DNA of 63,064 bases, filler included, from Asterionella formosa (taxonomy: Eukaryota): the NCBI GenBank assembly GCA_002256025.1. It is 25 parts of 25 records of this genome, joined end to end, with 100 filler letters (N's around TTAATTAATTAA, not from the genome) between each part and the next. Parts side by side here need not be neighbours in the genome. Positions count along the whole stretch, not along the records: positions 33,405 to 51,088 come from NKIB01004343.1; 24 more parts are not named here. One strand, written 5' to 3'. The notes below the pieces were generated by a model. That model saw nothing but the letters and a program-made list of their open reading frames with translations. It was not told the origin of the DNA and did not search any database. The translations under genes and the position numbers were made by a program. Numbering within the stretch: position 1 is the first letter of the stretch; every line of letters starts with the position of its first letter. This document shows positions 36,480-47,524 of the stretch, in pieces.

Positions 36480-36668
36480 AATTTCATAGCATGGCCTACC
36501 AACCAGTCCGTGTGCTTCTCTAGTTTTGTTAGCGTAGGGGAGTCCCCAACCATCTTTCGCGAAAGGTGATTGTCTTAGCCGCAGCGTTAGGGGAAACCCC
36601 GACAGGCAAAATTCTTGTAGGGGGGGGGGGCAACCCATTTTTCCTTGCACACCACCAGGCAAGGCCAT
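36480..36668 (+). repeat. Dispersed hairpin-rich repeat, best-preserved copy
   Basis: Homologous to ~1315-1505. Contains GGGGAGTCCCC, CATCTTT-CGCG-AAAGGTG, GGG-GAAA-CCC and GGG-GCAA-CCC stems. Confidence 0.7.
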
Positions 36669-37623
36669 GTAGCTAAAGGACGCACATCATACATGTACAT
36701 GCGTGAAACAAATGACTTTTTCATAGTAAATATTGTCATATCGCGAAAATTGAAAAATTTTGTTGTACAAAATGTAAGATTACCTTGTTATAGTGATCTA
36801 CGCAGATCATAGTGCTGATCTTAACCAGATTTTGACTGGTAGTAGTGTTGCAACCAACCAATCTGGCTGGTGTGCTTTTTCAGGTTCATTACGTAAGTAG
36901 GGCTGATAAAAAAAATTACTGATGAAAACACATTCTGATCAATAAACCTGGTGACGTGATGTCAAAAGTATCTGTGCATCTTTTTTCTGAGAAATGAGCT
37001 CAGACAAGAAGCAAATTTCTGATAGCAAAATTGAGATTGAAAACTCCATTTTGCTGTTAAACTGTGATATGCTATTTGCGTAGCCAATCATAATTTTGGT
37101 TTAGGGTGGGCGATCCTTGTTGCTGTTTCATGGGCTGGCATGTTGTGCTGGTCTGGTGTGTTTGGTGTTTGGTGATTGTGATTGTGATCGTGATATATAG
37201 TAGTACTATATATAAGCAAAGATTTTTACCACCACCATATTTCACCATCAGTGAACAATCGCCAATATCTGCTACTTCCAACAGCTAGCTAATTTTGGGG
37301 ATACTAAACTATTTTTATTAGCTAGCTGAGGAATATTCTCATAGCTGTTTACGTATGTGAAAGGTGATGCTTGCCACATGCAACAATACCTGCAGTCAAA
37401 ATTTTCCAATTTTCGGGTTGGTTGTTAATGCTAAATTTTTTTTTCTAGTTTCCCCGACTTTTTTGATGAGGCTTGTCAATAAAACCCTATAGTAGCTACT
37501 TTTAAGACTAATTCATATTAATCATCTGTAAAGACTGATTTGATACCCCGAAAAATTAATTAACATGACAAATCTAGTGACTTTCAAACAAGCAACCATG
37601 GTGGTACCTTTTAAGACCACTAA

Positions 37624-38515
37624 GGCCGTTGACCCAAACCAAAACCCAAAAACTTTTTTTGGGTTGGTTTTGGTTTTGGTCAACTGACGAAAAAACGATG
37701 CTATCGGTTTTTGGGAAATCCTAAATGCTGTCAACCACCCATCTACTGTGACATAGGATGACAAAACCATTATAAAAAAATTAAATATTTCTATTAGACT
37801 ACTTTTATAAATGAAATATTATGATTCCTATTTGGGAATTAGTTAGTTTTCCCCACAATTTACTGGTAGTGCCGTAAATATATATACTCCGACCACACTT
37901 CTTCATGATGAAATACAACTGACAGCAGTTTCAGCAATCCAGACAGAATTGAATGCCGCAAACAAAAACAATGGTGTCTTGGTACAAACGAATTGGCGAT
38001 GCGCCATTACCTGCAACAAAACATCTACTGCTTACTAACCAGATATATTGATACAATGGGACGTGGCGATGCACCAGTCCCAGTTGCCGGAGCTATGCCG
38101 CCACCAGCAGCCTCAGTTGAAGAGGACAACGAAGATGAAGTCCTGGTGGTGACAGAAGATTGATTTATGTGTTGCGCATAATAAATCGAAGTCGATTTGT
38201 TGTTGTTGTTCTCGCCAGTGTGGTATGGTACCTGGGTACCTGTTACCCTGGTACCTGGTACCGTATAGCTATTGTTGTATATAGATATGATATACTGGTA
38301 CCGGCATATGATGCATGCGTCCTATATGTAGTGATTCTGCGACGATAACCTAAACGTAATGCGTTTGGGTAACTTATTGGGATATGGGCACGGAATCCCC
38401 TAAACGTAATGCGTTTGTTGCATTGGGTTTTTCACTCCTGATAGCATCGTTTTTTAGGGTTACCGAAACCAAAACACTGTTTGGTTTGTGTTTTGGTCCA
38501 CCATTAGCAACGGCC
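37624..38515. mobile_element. Non-autonomous PIF/Harbinger (Tourist-like) element with TAA target-site duplication
   Basis: TAA|GGCCGTTG ... CAACGGCC|TAA, plus subterminal inverted blocks AAAAAACGATGCTATC (~37690) / GATAGCATCGTTTTTT (~38440) and CCAAAAC/GTTTTGG repeats at both ends. Confidence 0.75.
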
Positions 38516-39175
38516 TAAAACTTTGAAGCTAACAGGCCTGTCTATTTGGATTCATTAGATAGTATGTACAACTGTTACACTAAACAGGTGAGGTTGTCTT
38601 TACAAAAATAGGGACAGTATAGTATTGGCTGGGACCAGAATGTACTAGCTTCATATGTCATATTCGCTAGTAAAGCTGTACTATTTTCTAGTCGAAAATC
38701 AATCAAACAATCAAATAGTGTTCAAACCGTGCGTTTACTCCGTTTACCAGTGGCTTTTCTGTCAAAAGTCGCTGTAGCGGTGGCTTACAGTTTTTAGCTT
38801 GTAGTCTACTCTACCAGGGTACTGGTACCTGGTACTGCATACATCGACATGGCGACTGGTACCAGTAGTCTACCAGCAGGTACATCGAACAATGCGCGTA
38901 CCTTATGTATGACTCCATGCCTGCGTCTGCACCATCACTGTCACACATAGTCACCATCTAACGCACCGCCTGCAAGTGATGGCTGCCTATATAAAATACC
39001 GGTATTATCATAACAATCGTTATAAATCATTGATTAATTTCCAATATGTATATACAGCATATATATACAGCATAATTCATTTACAAATGAAACGAGGTTG
39101 TATTTTCTCCCACAAATGAACGGTACGCCTTTTGCTTATTGTTTGCTGAGGATCTGTTCGACCAAGTTCAGCACG

Positions 39176-40710
39176 ATGTTGCGTAATTGTTTGGCTCAGT
39201 TGTGGCTGCTGCTTCTTCTTCTTTCTTCTTCATTGCTTGTGGTCCATGCGTTGGACGAAAAGGAATGCTTGTTGGGAGACGACGGAACATGCTTAAGTAC
39301 ATCCGCCACGAACGAATTATCATGCCACGATAACGAACAGTCATGTTCATTTTGGGCCAGTGAAGGCGAGGTATGAGCTGTGTTGTGTTGTGTGTCCTAT
39401 TGCGTATCTCTCACTTACACTTTTTGACTATCCATTAATGTGTGAATCTTGTTGTATATCACAATAATAGTGTGATGCCAATCCCAAATACATGTTGTTG
39501 CAATGCCCGAAATCTTGTTCCGTATGTCATGTTCTTGACATTCAAGCGTTGATTGATCAAAAATTAGCTCCTGACATTGATGCGACTGAATTAGGTGTAC
39601 CTCAAATTGTGGACCAGGACCGGGCTCTGGAAGTAGAAGCACGTATTCAAAATATTACCAATTACTTTCAAACCATTGTCAAAGTGCAGGACGAGTATCA
39701 AAAAGTACGAAAGGAATGCAAAAATAGACATGAAAGCTGCGCCTATTGGGCAGTCCTTGGAGAGGTGAGAGTTGCTATAATTCTCTGTACATTTTCATTC
39801 CACATCACGAATGATACACACACTTACACTCACACCGCCAAAAACATTTATTATTTCTATTACTCTGCAGTGCGAAGCGAACCCTAATTACATGCAACTT
39901 CAATGTGCCCCGTCCTGTTACAGTTGCCATTTGATTGATTTTGATCAACGGTGTCCATACGATCCCAAGGCTCCTATTATTTTGAATCCAGGGGATTTGG
40001 ATCAACTATTTGTCAATATCACCACCTCGCCCGAAATGGCTAAATATGGACCCCTTATTCATAGCATGCCACATCCTCCAAAATCCTCAACAATTAAAGC
40101 AGGCCCATGGGTCGTGACTTTGGAAAATTTCCTCACAGACGAAGAATGTCAAACTCTCATTGATCTGGGTGGCGTTGAGGGATACCAGATTTCCCAAGAT
40201 GTTGGGAAAAGGAAATTCGATGGATCGTATGATGGAAATATCAACAAGGGACGTACGAGTACAAATGCATGGTGTCAAAAGGACTGTTTCCATAATTCCA
40301 CGACCCAACAAGTCCTTCAAAAGATTGAACACTTAACTGGTATTCCTGATGAAAATTCAGAATTCCTTCAACTTTTGAAATATGAAGTGGGACAATTCTA
40401 CCAACAACATCATGATTACATCCCTCACCATTTGGAGCGATCTGAGGGGGTGAGAATCTTGACTGTCTTTTTGTACTTAAATGACGTAACTGCCGGGGGT
40501 GGAACAAACTTTCCACTCTTGGACATTACTGTCATGCCCAAGAGGGGAAGAGCACTGATTTGGCCAAGTGTTTTGAATGATGCTCCCAATGGTCCGGATC
40601 ACAGAACCGAGCATCAAGCACTTCCTGTCGAAGAAGGAGTCAAATATGGGGCCAATGCATGGTTGCATCAAAAGAACTTTAAGGAAGCCTTTAATCGGTC
40701 GTGCCATTAA
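39176..40710 (+). CDS. Secreted/ER prolyl 4-hydroxylase alpha-like 2OG-Fe(II) oxygenase with two ShKT domains; exons 39176-39370, 39471-39764, 39871-40710
   Basis: Signal peptide; two ShKT motifs (C..WA..GEC..NP.YM...C..SC..C); RTS..AW, QLLKYEVGQFYQQHHD, TVFLYLNDV..GGGT.FP, H...PV..G.KY. GT-AG introns restore the frame. Confidence 0.92.
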
Positions 40711-41500
40711 CCCTACATGTTGATGAAGGGGCGAATGATGAAAAAGGCGCTGTCACATTATTTACCTTGGATTTTAGATCTTTCTTGAGTTTTAGGTTTT
40801 CTAGTTTAGGAAAAACTGTGATTTATATAGCAATTCTCATTGCAAGGCCACCATGCTTAGTGTCCCTGCCAAACCAGTTGAAGGTATCCTTTCGGAGATA
40901 CACGAACATCATTTCACCTACAATTGTAGTATTGTGCTGGCATATTTTACCTGGTTGTATCATGTACTTGTCCCCCACAGTTGTACTGTCATGCAAGTCC
41001 TCGACTGGATCACCAATGCTTCTATGGAATCATTTGATTAAATACAAGAGACTCCCAGAATTTATAGTCACATCACATCATCACATAGATACTGTATCGA
41101 TCATCATCCTTTAGGATGGTTTCATAATGTAAAAGGTGTCATCATCTTTGGGATGATGTTCTCTATGGTGAATTCATTGCTGATCATATTGTTGCCATTC
41201 TCTTCCTTTGCAAACTCATGTCAGCCTTGTTTTGTTGGATATCCTTCGCCCACTTATATCGCATATGAAAGTTCTTCCAGTTCACATTCATTTTACTGAG
41301 CACTGATGTATTAACCTAGTTTCAGCCCTACCAGTACTCTGGCATGTCAGAGCCACTTTGGGTTCATTCATCCCAATTGCAGATGGATATTTGTGTTCAA
41401 AACATCTCACGCACAGAATGAGACAATTTTTTAATCAGATGATAAGAGAAGCTATTCTTGGTTTGATCATATCAATAATTATAGCTCTAGATCTCATTGA

Positions 41501-42820
41501 TTATACCAATGGATCGATGCTCAAAACATTCATGGATGTTGTTATTGGTAACATATTGGTAGCAATGGTTTTCAGGACTTGCAAAACATAAAAAGTTTTG
41601 AGCATGTTAGCTTCCAACAGAAGGTGCAATCCATCTGATGTTTGCGCATCTCTTGTAAGATTCCAGAAATCTATTATTGTGACATTCATTTCAATGGATG
41701 AAAAGTACTCTTCCATTTCTCGATTGAACACTACAGCCCGTTCTCGACGTTGGCCTGGTTGTTTATGATCTAAATTTCTTGATTGAGCCCCCACCGTGAT
41801 CCATATGACATGGGCTTTGCCTCTTTTGACACAATCTATCCATTGCTGGTCCTCAAAAAGGTTCATAAATGCTTTTATAGTTCGACTTGAATCAAGGCGC
41901 AAATGAAGGCCTCCTTGCACCAGTAATACATTTGGTGAATAATAGTCGGATGATTCACAGTTGCTCTTTACTATATCAGGAATATCATTGCTCCATGAAA
42001 TAGAAAAAGGTTTCAGATGAGCACATACTCCTAGCTGATGAGAGCTTTCAGCATGCTGGAAAAGTCCATCATTTTTGCGGCAAATTTCATGTTCACTGAA
42101 TTGTCCATCGCATTTGCAATGCTCATACGTAGGAACACTGGTTGAATAAATACCTCCAGATATATAATCACTCCTCATACCAATAAAAATACCTTGATGC
42201 ATATGCCGTGATAGCGAGTCCCCAACGTTGAAAATGTGTGAAAACTGACTTAGAGTTTCACAGATTTCAAAAGTGGTCATTGCAGGAATATCACACTGAT
42301 AGGGAACAAAGTAGGATGGATGGCGCTCTTTTTCTTCGGACGTTGCATTTTCAATCTCAGGGTTATGTATCCACCTTCTAGATCCAAGTTTAATGGCTTT
42401 CAGCATTTTCTCCAAGGAAGTGCATGGTGCATCGTGATGTGCCATCATATCATTCATTGTCAAGGAGAATGGGCGAGAATTGTTTTTGATCTTTTCTCTC
42501 CAGCCACCATCACGAAGGACGTCATTTCGTTGGAGGACAACATTGTTGCCAAACTTGTTACAAAATTCAAAGTCTCTTTTGCTGATAATGACATTAGCGG
42601 AGTCCAGAGGAAAGGTATAGTTGTTGTCAAGACGAGTGGTATGGTGTACATAAGTGCTATGATTGGTCCCATTCTCCCTCTTTGACACGTAGTCAGGTTT
42701 ACGAAAGCAATTCGGGGTCATGATGCCCATGAAAATAAAGTAGATACAAAGACAAGTTCCGCCACCAATCACTCCCAGAAGGCGCACATTAACAAGAAAT
42801 GAACCACTCCTCGGAGCCAT
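41501..42820 (-). CDS. Type II membrane SGNH/PC-esterase-like protein (putative polysaccharide O-acyltransferase or esterase)
   Basis: N-terminal TM segment, VGDSLSRH (GDS) and SDGLH (DxxH) motifs, conserved Cys. ATG at 42820. Confidence 0.65.
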   Translation of the reverse strand: MAPRSGSFLVNVRLLGVIGGGTCLCIYFIFMGIMTPNCFRKPDYVSKRENGTNHSTYVHHTTRLDNNYTFPLDSANVIISKRDFEFCNKFGNNVVLQRNDVLRDGGWREKIKNNSRPFSLTMNDMMAHHDAPCTSLEKMLKAIKLGSRRWIHNPEIENATSEEKERHPSYFVPYQCDIPAMTTFEICETLSQFSHIFNVGDSLSRHMHQGIFIGMRSDYISGGIYSTSVPTYEHCKCDGQFSEHEICRKNDGLFQHAESSHQLGVCAHLKPFSISWSNDIPDIVKSNCESSDYYSPNVLLVQGGLHLRLDSSRTIKAFMNLFEDQQWIDCVKRGKAHVIWITVGAQSRNLDHKQPGQRRERAVVFNREMEEYFSSIEMNVTIIDFWNLTRDAQTSDGLHLLLEANMLKTFYVLQVLKTIATNMLPITTSMNVLSIDPLV

Positions 42821-43727
42821 TTTGGGGAAACTCAAGCTTGTTTAATGCTCTCTCTTTTTATTATAAGGGTATAGGAATGCATAGCTAACTGATGGCCAAC
42901 AACAGAAATCAATTGAAGGTAGGACTAGCTGGTGTAGCAAAAATTCAGCATGAAGGATAGTTTTTTTGAATTGTTGTGGTCGCCATTAATGATGGATCGG
43001 CCAGTCCCTGTGTGTTCACCTGTGGTACAATGTGACGAGGCTACCGGTATCATTATTTCACATACCGGCATATATTTATCATATTCAGCCATACAAAATG
43101 ATTTTTTTTTGTTTTGATGTTGATAAGTATGATACGCTATTTTATTTTATTTTATTTTATCCCCCCCTTCTGCTCCATCCTCTATGTAATTATGTACAGT
43201 ACCAGTACATACAGGTAACACATAAGACCTACCGGTAGTAAATAATAAGGCACAGTCGAGCGAAAGTGAGATTTAACATGGTTACAGTAAGGAGCAGGCG
43301 GACTCTTGGTGGCGTTGGGTCTAGCGGGGTACCAGGTAAACTACTAACTATTAACTCTATATAATTACCGGTAATGGTTGAGATCAGTTCCCGGTATGAC
43401 CGGTACCGGCACATGGTATATGATTCAAGGCAGGGGCTTTGGATTCTGAAAAGTTTCCTGTTACAGTACTACCTGGTCCCACCGGTATCATAGTATCGTC
43501 GTATGTACTAGTGTTTTTATCCCATCCTTGTCGCACTCAATTGTGGTCAATTAATTTGCTTCATTTAAACGACAGGGTTTATGTACACCAACCTCGATTG
43601 GCTTGATCAACATAGAGAGATCATCATTTTGTTCAGAGAGCAGATCGAACAAGGCCTGTTGCATTAACACATTTATATTACAAATGAGTATTACATTCAT
43701 TCATAGTATAAATGAATCAGAGAAATA

Positions 43728-46271
43728 ATGTATTCTCAATGCATGTTGCGACAAAATCATTTCTTCGGGTATTGTTTGTTTTCTTTCCTAGGTGTTTATT
43801 TTGGATTGACGCTCTTTGTCTTTCTTCACTTTACGACTTTTCTCGAAAAGAACAATAGCAATACGCATGGTATTACGCAATTTCAACTCATGCCAGGGAG
43901 GAGGATGCCAATACATCATATTGATGGTCAACACCATGACGACATGGAAAAAAGTCATCAACAACGAAATGGATTGGTAGTATTAGCACCGGTATTTTCT
44001 AAACACAAAGCCCAACAAGCACTCCTTCAACATGGAGCAGAAAGGATTCGGCAGCCAATAACTGCATTTTTAGAAAAACCAATGCAGGATATCATACCAT
44101 CATCTCGCAATCAGGGAGCACATCCAGGGGATGTTGGGATACCACCAGAATATATCATCCCACTCCCACTAAGGACTCAAGCTCCCAAGGATCTTGTCAA
44201 GGTGGTATATCCCAAATTTCAATCCTGTCATACAGATCTACCTTCGAAACTTCCTGTGGATCGAGGATATCAACTAGTAATAGTAAATAAAACAGCTGAT
44301 GGACACAACAACAAGATGGAGCATTGGAATGCACAAGCTGCACCAGATCCACTTTACAATGACTTGAAAAATTGTCCCGTCAATGGTGATCCCTTTTTAC
44401 CATGGATTCATGATATTGTTCCATCACACGATGGGACGAAGATTCAATTTGTAGCACAAAACAAACGACGATGCATTTCCGGGGATGCCTATCGAGATTG
44501 GGCTTGGGACATGCAACCGCAAGTGGCATTATTTCAACATGTGTCTGTTAAACGCGTGAATCGAACCAACGCTCAACGAAAGGCACCAGCGTTGTGGCAG
44601 TCATCCAATAATGACGAAGAATCCTTCTACCAACTGGTACCCATGGAAGATGCTGATACAGATGGGAAAGAAACACGCTTCATTTGTAGGTTCCACATGA
44701 CATCGGTAGATACAAACACATTGGGCCAACTATTATTTGCCGGGGAAACTCTGTCGGCCTATCCATTCAATTATGAATTTGTATCGTACAGACGTCTACA
44801 TCCAACCATGCTCAACCCTCGAGGGATGGACCATGGAAGTCCATATTTATCAACCTTATTATTTCATTGTCCAGTCCCTCAACCGCTTCAACACCTTGTG
44901 GCAAGTGGTGAATCTGTATTGTCGGATGGTACACCCATGCTCCATCTAGATCTGATCCCCATTCGTACATCACCACGATATGGTACATCTGAAATTTACC
45001 TTTCCGAGGAAATGATTGGCCCCAAACAGAATTGGCATTTAGGGAATGTAACAAGAGTGTTGTGGCGAAAAAAAGAAGATTTAATTCCTGGATTTGATCC
45101 CAAGAAACGTTGGGGGAAAACTAACATTCTACCAGCCGTGCAAGCGAGTGGACGATGGACGAATTTACCGATTTGTCAGCCGCCTTTGATACAACAGCAA
45201 CAACAACAACAAGTTGGCGAAGAAATACCAAAGGCCAATACAAAAACGAAGAAACGTTATGAATTGGTAGCCTGCGTTTGGGCATCCGAGTCATATTCAA
45301 CACGAGGAGCAGCAAATCTACCCATGGACACTTCTACTGTGAGTCGTTTTCGTGAATGGCTTGAATTCGCCTTTTTGGTCGGCTTTGATCATGTGTATGT
45401 TTATGACAATTCTGCAGCCAACACCCAAAATGGGAGTCTTACGACTGCCCTAGAACCATTTGGTACCAATGTTTCTATCATTGAATGGCCTCATGTTGTA
45501 TGCAACAATAACAAACCAACCGACAAAAATTGTGGTGAACGATCCAGTCAATATGCAGCCGAAAATTCATGTCGAACAAGGTTTGGACCACACACTGATT
45601 GGATCGCTTCATTTGATGTGGATGAATATCTTATTCCAATGGGCAGCTACCAAAGTTTGAAAGAGGTTGTACGAAATGCTTATTCCAAGGGGAATAAAAT
45701 TGTTAGCTTTCGAAGTACGCGGACCAAACTTCGATTGGATCAATCCGAAGTGATTGGTCCTAATACTAGTCGCCGACGGAAGAAGAAGGACGCGTTATTC
45801 GTGGAAGCCTACAATTGTGATACAGATCCTGGCCCAAAACCAGACGCATCCGATCGAGCTCGAAAAGAAATATATCGCGCTGACCATGTCTTGTATCACT
45901 TTGTACACTATTCTCTGGTTACCAAAGACACAATAGTTTGGTACAAGGATGATTCCAAGCATTGGAAACGTGAAATCCAAGAATTAGCTCCTCCCCCATA
46001 TATTACAGATGAATTCAATGAAGCTGTTATGCTGCATACCAAGGTTGTTGAAGAAGAAAAGGAAAACTGGGATCAAATGTGCAGCCCCATGACAAAAAAC
46101 TGTGCAATTGGCTTCCCACAATCACTTGAGCTTCGTAAAAATGACGCTTCTTCGAACAATGTTCATGAGCATAATTGTTATACGAACATTCGACTGTCCG
46201 ACTACTGGATTCCAAAACTGAAAGAAGCCATGATCAAAAGATTTACAACCACAGTAGCTCAGTTAGGCTAA
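43728..46271 (+). CDS. Type II membrane glycosyltransferase, GT92/DUF23-like
   Basis: 847-aa ORF with N-terminal TM helix, REWLEF...VGFDHVYVYDN, SQYAAENSC and DxD motif in WIASFDVDEYL. Confidence 0.8.
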   Translation: MYSQCMLRQNHFFGYCLFSFLGVYFGLTLFVFLHFTTFLEKNNSNTHGITQFQLMPGRRMPIHHIDGQHHDDMEKSHQQRNGLVVLAPVFSKHKAQQALLQHGAERIRQPITAFLEKPMQDIIPSSRNQGAHPGDVGIPPEYIIPLPLRTQAPKDLVKVVYPKFQSCHTDLPSKLPVDRGYQLVIVNKTADGHNNKMEHWNAQAAPDPLYNDLKNCPVNGDPFLPWIHDIVPSHDGTKIQFVAQNKRRCISGDAYRDWAWDMQPQVALFQHVSVKRVNRTNAQRKAPALWQSSNNDEESFYQLVPMEDADTDGKETRFICRFHMTSVDTNTLGQLLFAGETLSAYPFNYEFVSYRRLHPTMLNPRGMDHGSPYLSTLLFHCPVPQPLQHLVASGESVLSDGTPMLHLDLIPIRTSPRYGTSEIYLSEEMIGPKQNWHLGNVTRVLWRKKEDLIPGFDPKKRWGKTNILPAVQASGRWTNLPICQPPLIQQQQQQQVGEEIPKANTKTKKRYELVACVWASESYSTRGAANLPMDTSTVSRFREWLEFAFLVGFDHVYVYDNSAANTQNGSLTTALEPFGTNVSIIEWPHVVCNNNKPTDKNCGERSSQYAAENSCRTRFGPHTDWIASFDVDEYLIPMGSYQSLKEVVRNAYSKGNKIVSFRSTRTKLRLDQSEVIGPNTSRRRKKKDALFVEAYNCDTDPGPKPDASDRARKEIYRADHVLYHFVHYSLVTKDTIVWYKDDSKHWKREIQELAPPPYITDEFNEAVMLHTKVVEEEKENWDQMCSPMTKNCAIGFPQSLELRKNDASSNNVHEHNCYTNIRLSDYWIPKLKEAMIKRFTTTVAQLG

Positions 46272-47524
46272 AACCTCAAACCACATTGACAACTAAAACA
46301 ATGATAAGTCTTCAACACTTGACCAGTTCATTTTGCACTTATTCAATGACATTTTCAATGTCTATCATGTGTGCATCTGATCAATGTCTTTATTGTAGGT
46401 TCAGTTGACTGTGACAGCCAACTGGTGAATCACACATCCGGCTTTGGCTCAGCAACTTTTCAGAACTCCTCCCTTAGCAATTTCGAAACGCAATGAAAGA
46501 CTTGAACCAGCTCCAACAACGACCTCTAACAAAGGCTATAGCAAGTCCGGTGGTTATCACTCAGTTGCAATATGTCCCCTATGATTAGAATTATGGAGTA
46601 CGACACTGGGCACCACTGGATCGTTATCTGATAATGGATTATCGTCGTTTAGATATGTACCAAATATCATGCAGTTATCGAAAATGCAATTCAGTGAAGA
46701 GATTTCATGCTCCAGACTGTTTGATGGTCACACTGAAAGTTGGAGCTCCACCTGGGGACTTTGAAAGGAATTATTTGAAACATCAACTTATTCAGGCACG
46801 AGTTCAATGTCTATCTTTAAACCATTCAAATGAAAGTGTTAAAAGTATACTTAGTTTTGGGAAGGGTTGCATTACTTCATGTGTGAAACAAAAGAAACAA
46901 AATTAGAGTATTTCATGACTTTGATGAAAGCTTAGAAAACATTGGATGGTCATTTGAGTTCTCTCACAGTTAAGAAAATTTTCTTTTCTGTTATATTTTT
47001 ATTGATAGATGCTAATGATTTTATTCAGATGCATAACGACAATATGATGGTGAGCAACAAGGCACAAAGTGTTCTTCAATTTTTACTGCATACCCAACAG
47101 TTGAAGAAAGCTTGTCTGTGAATGTACTTGGACAGAACATGTTTGATGTCATTCAGTTATTGTGAATAACACTGCTCCTGTCCAGATACTTTTTACAATT
47201 TCTTATTCAGATAATTAAAGTGTGAACTATTCTATTCCAGCAGTGTAACTTTAAAGGAGCCATGAAAACAATGCAAAAAATAAATAGTTACTGCATGCAA
47301 AATGAGAAATGTTTATTAAAAGGGTGATAATTTTGGTTGATGCTGGGACCAAAGCCTGTTACTATGATACTGCCTAGAAGGCAGGCTCCGTTTCCCTAAT
47401 CCTTGAGAGTTCTTTTGTTATACCAGTACCTCTGTGACACTACAATAGTCATGACATTTCATGAATAATCTGCCATTTTCCCTCAACCAAGACCTTTACC
47501 ATACATGTTTGATAATAAAAACCT

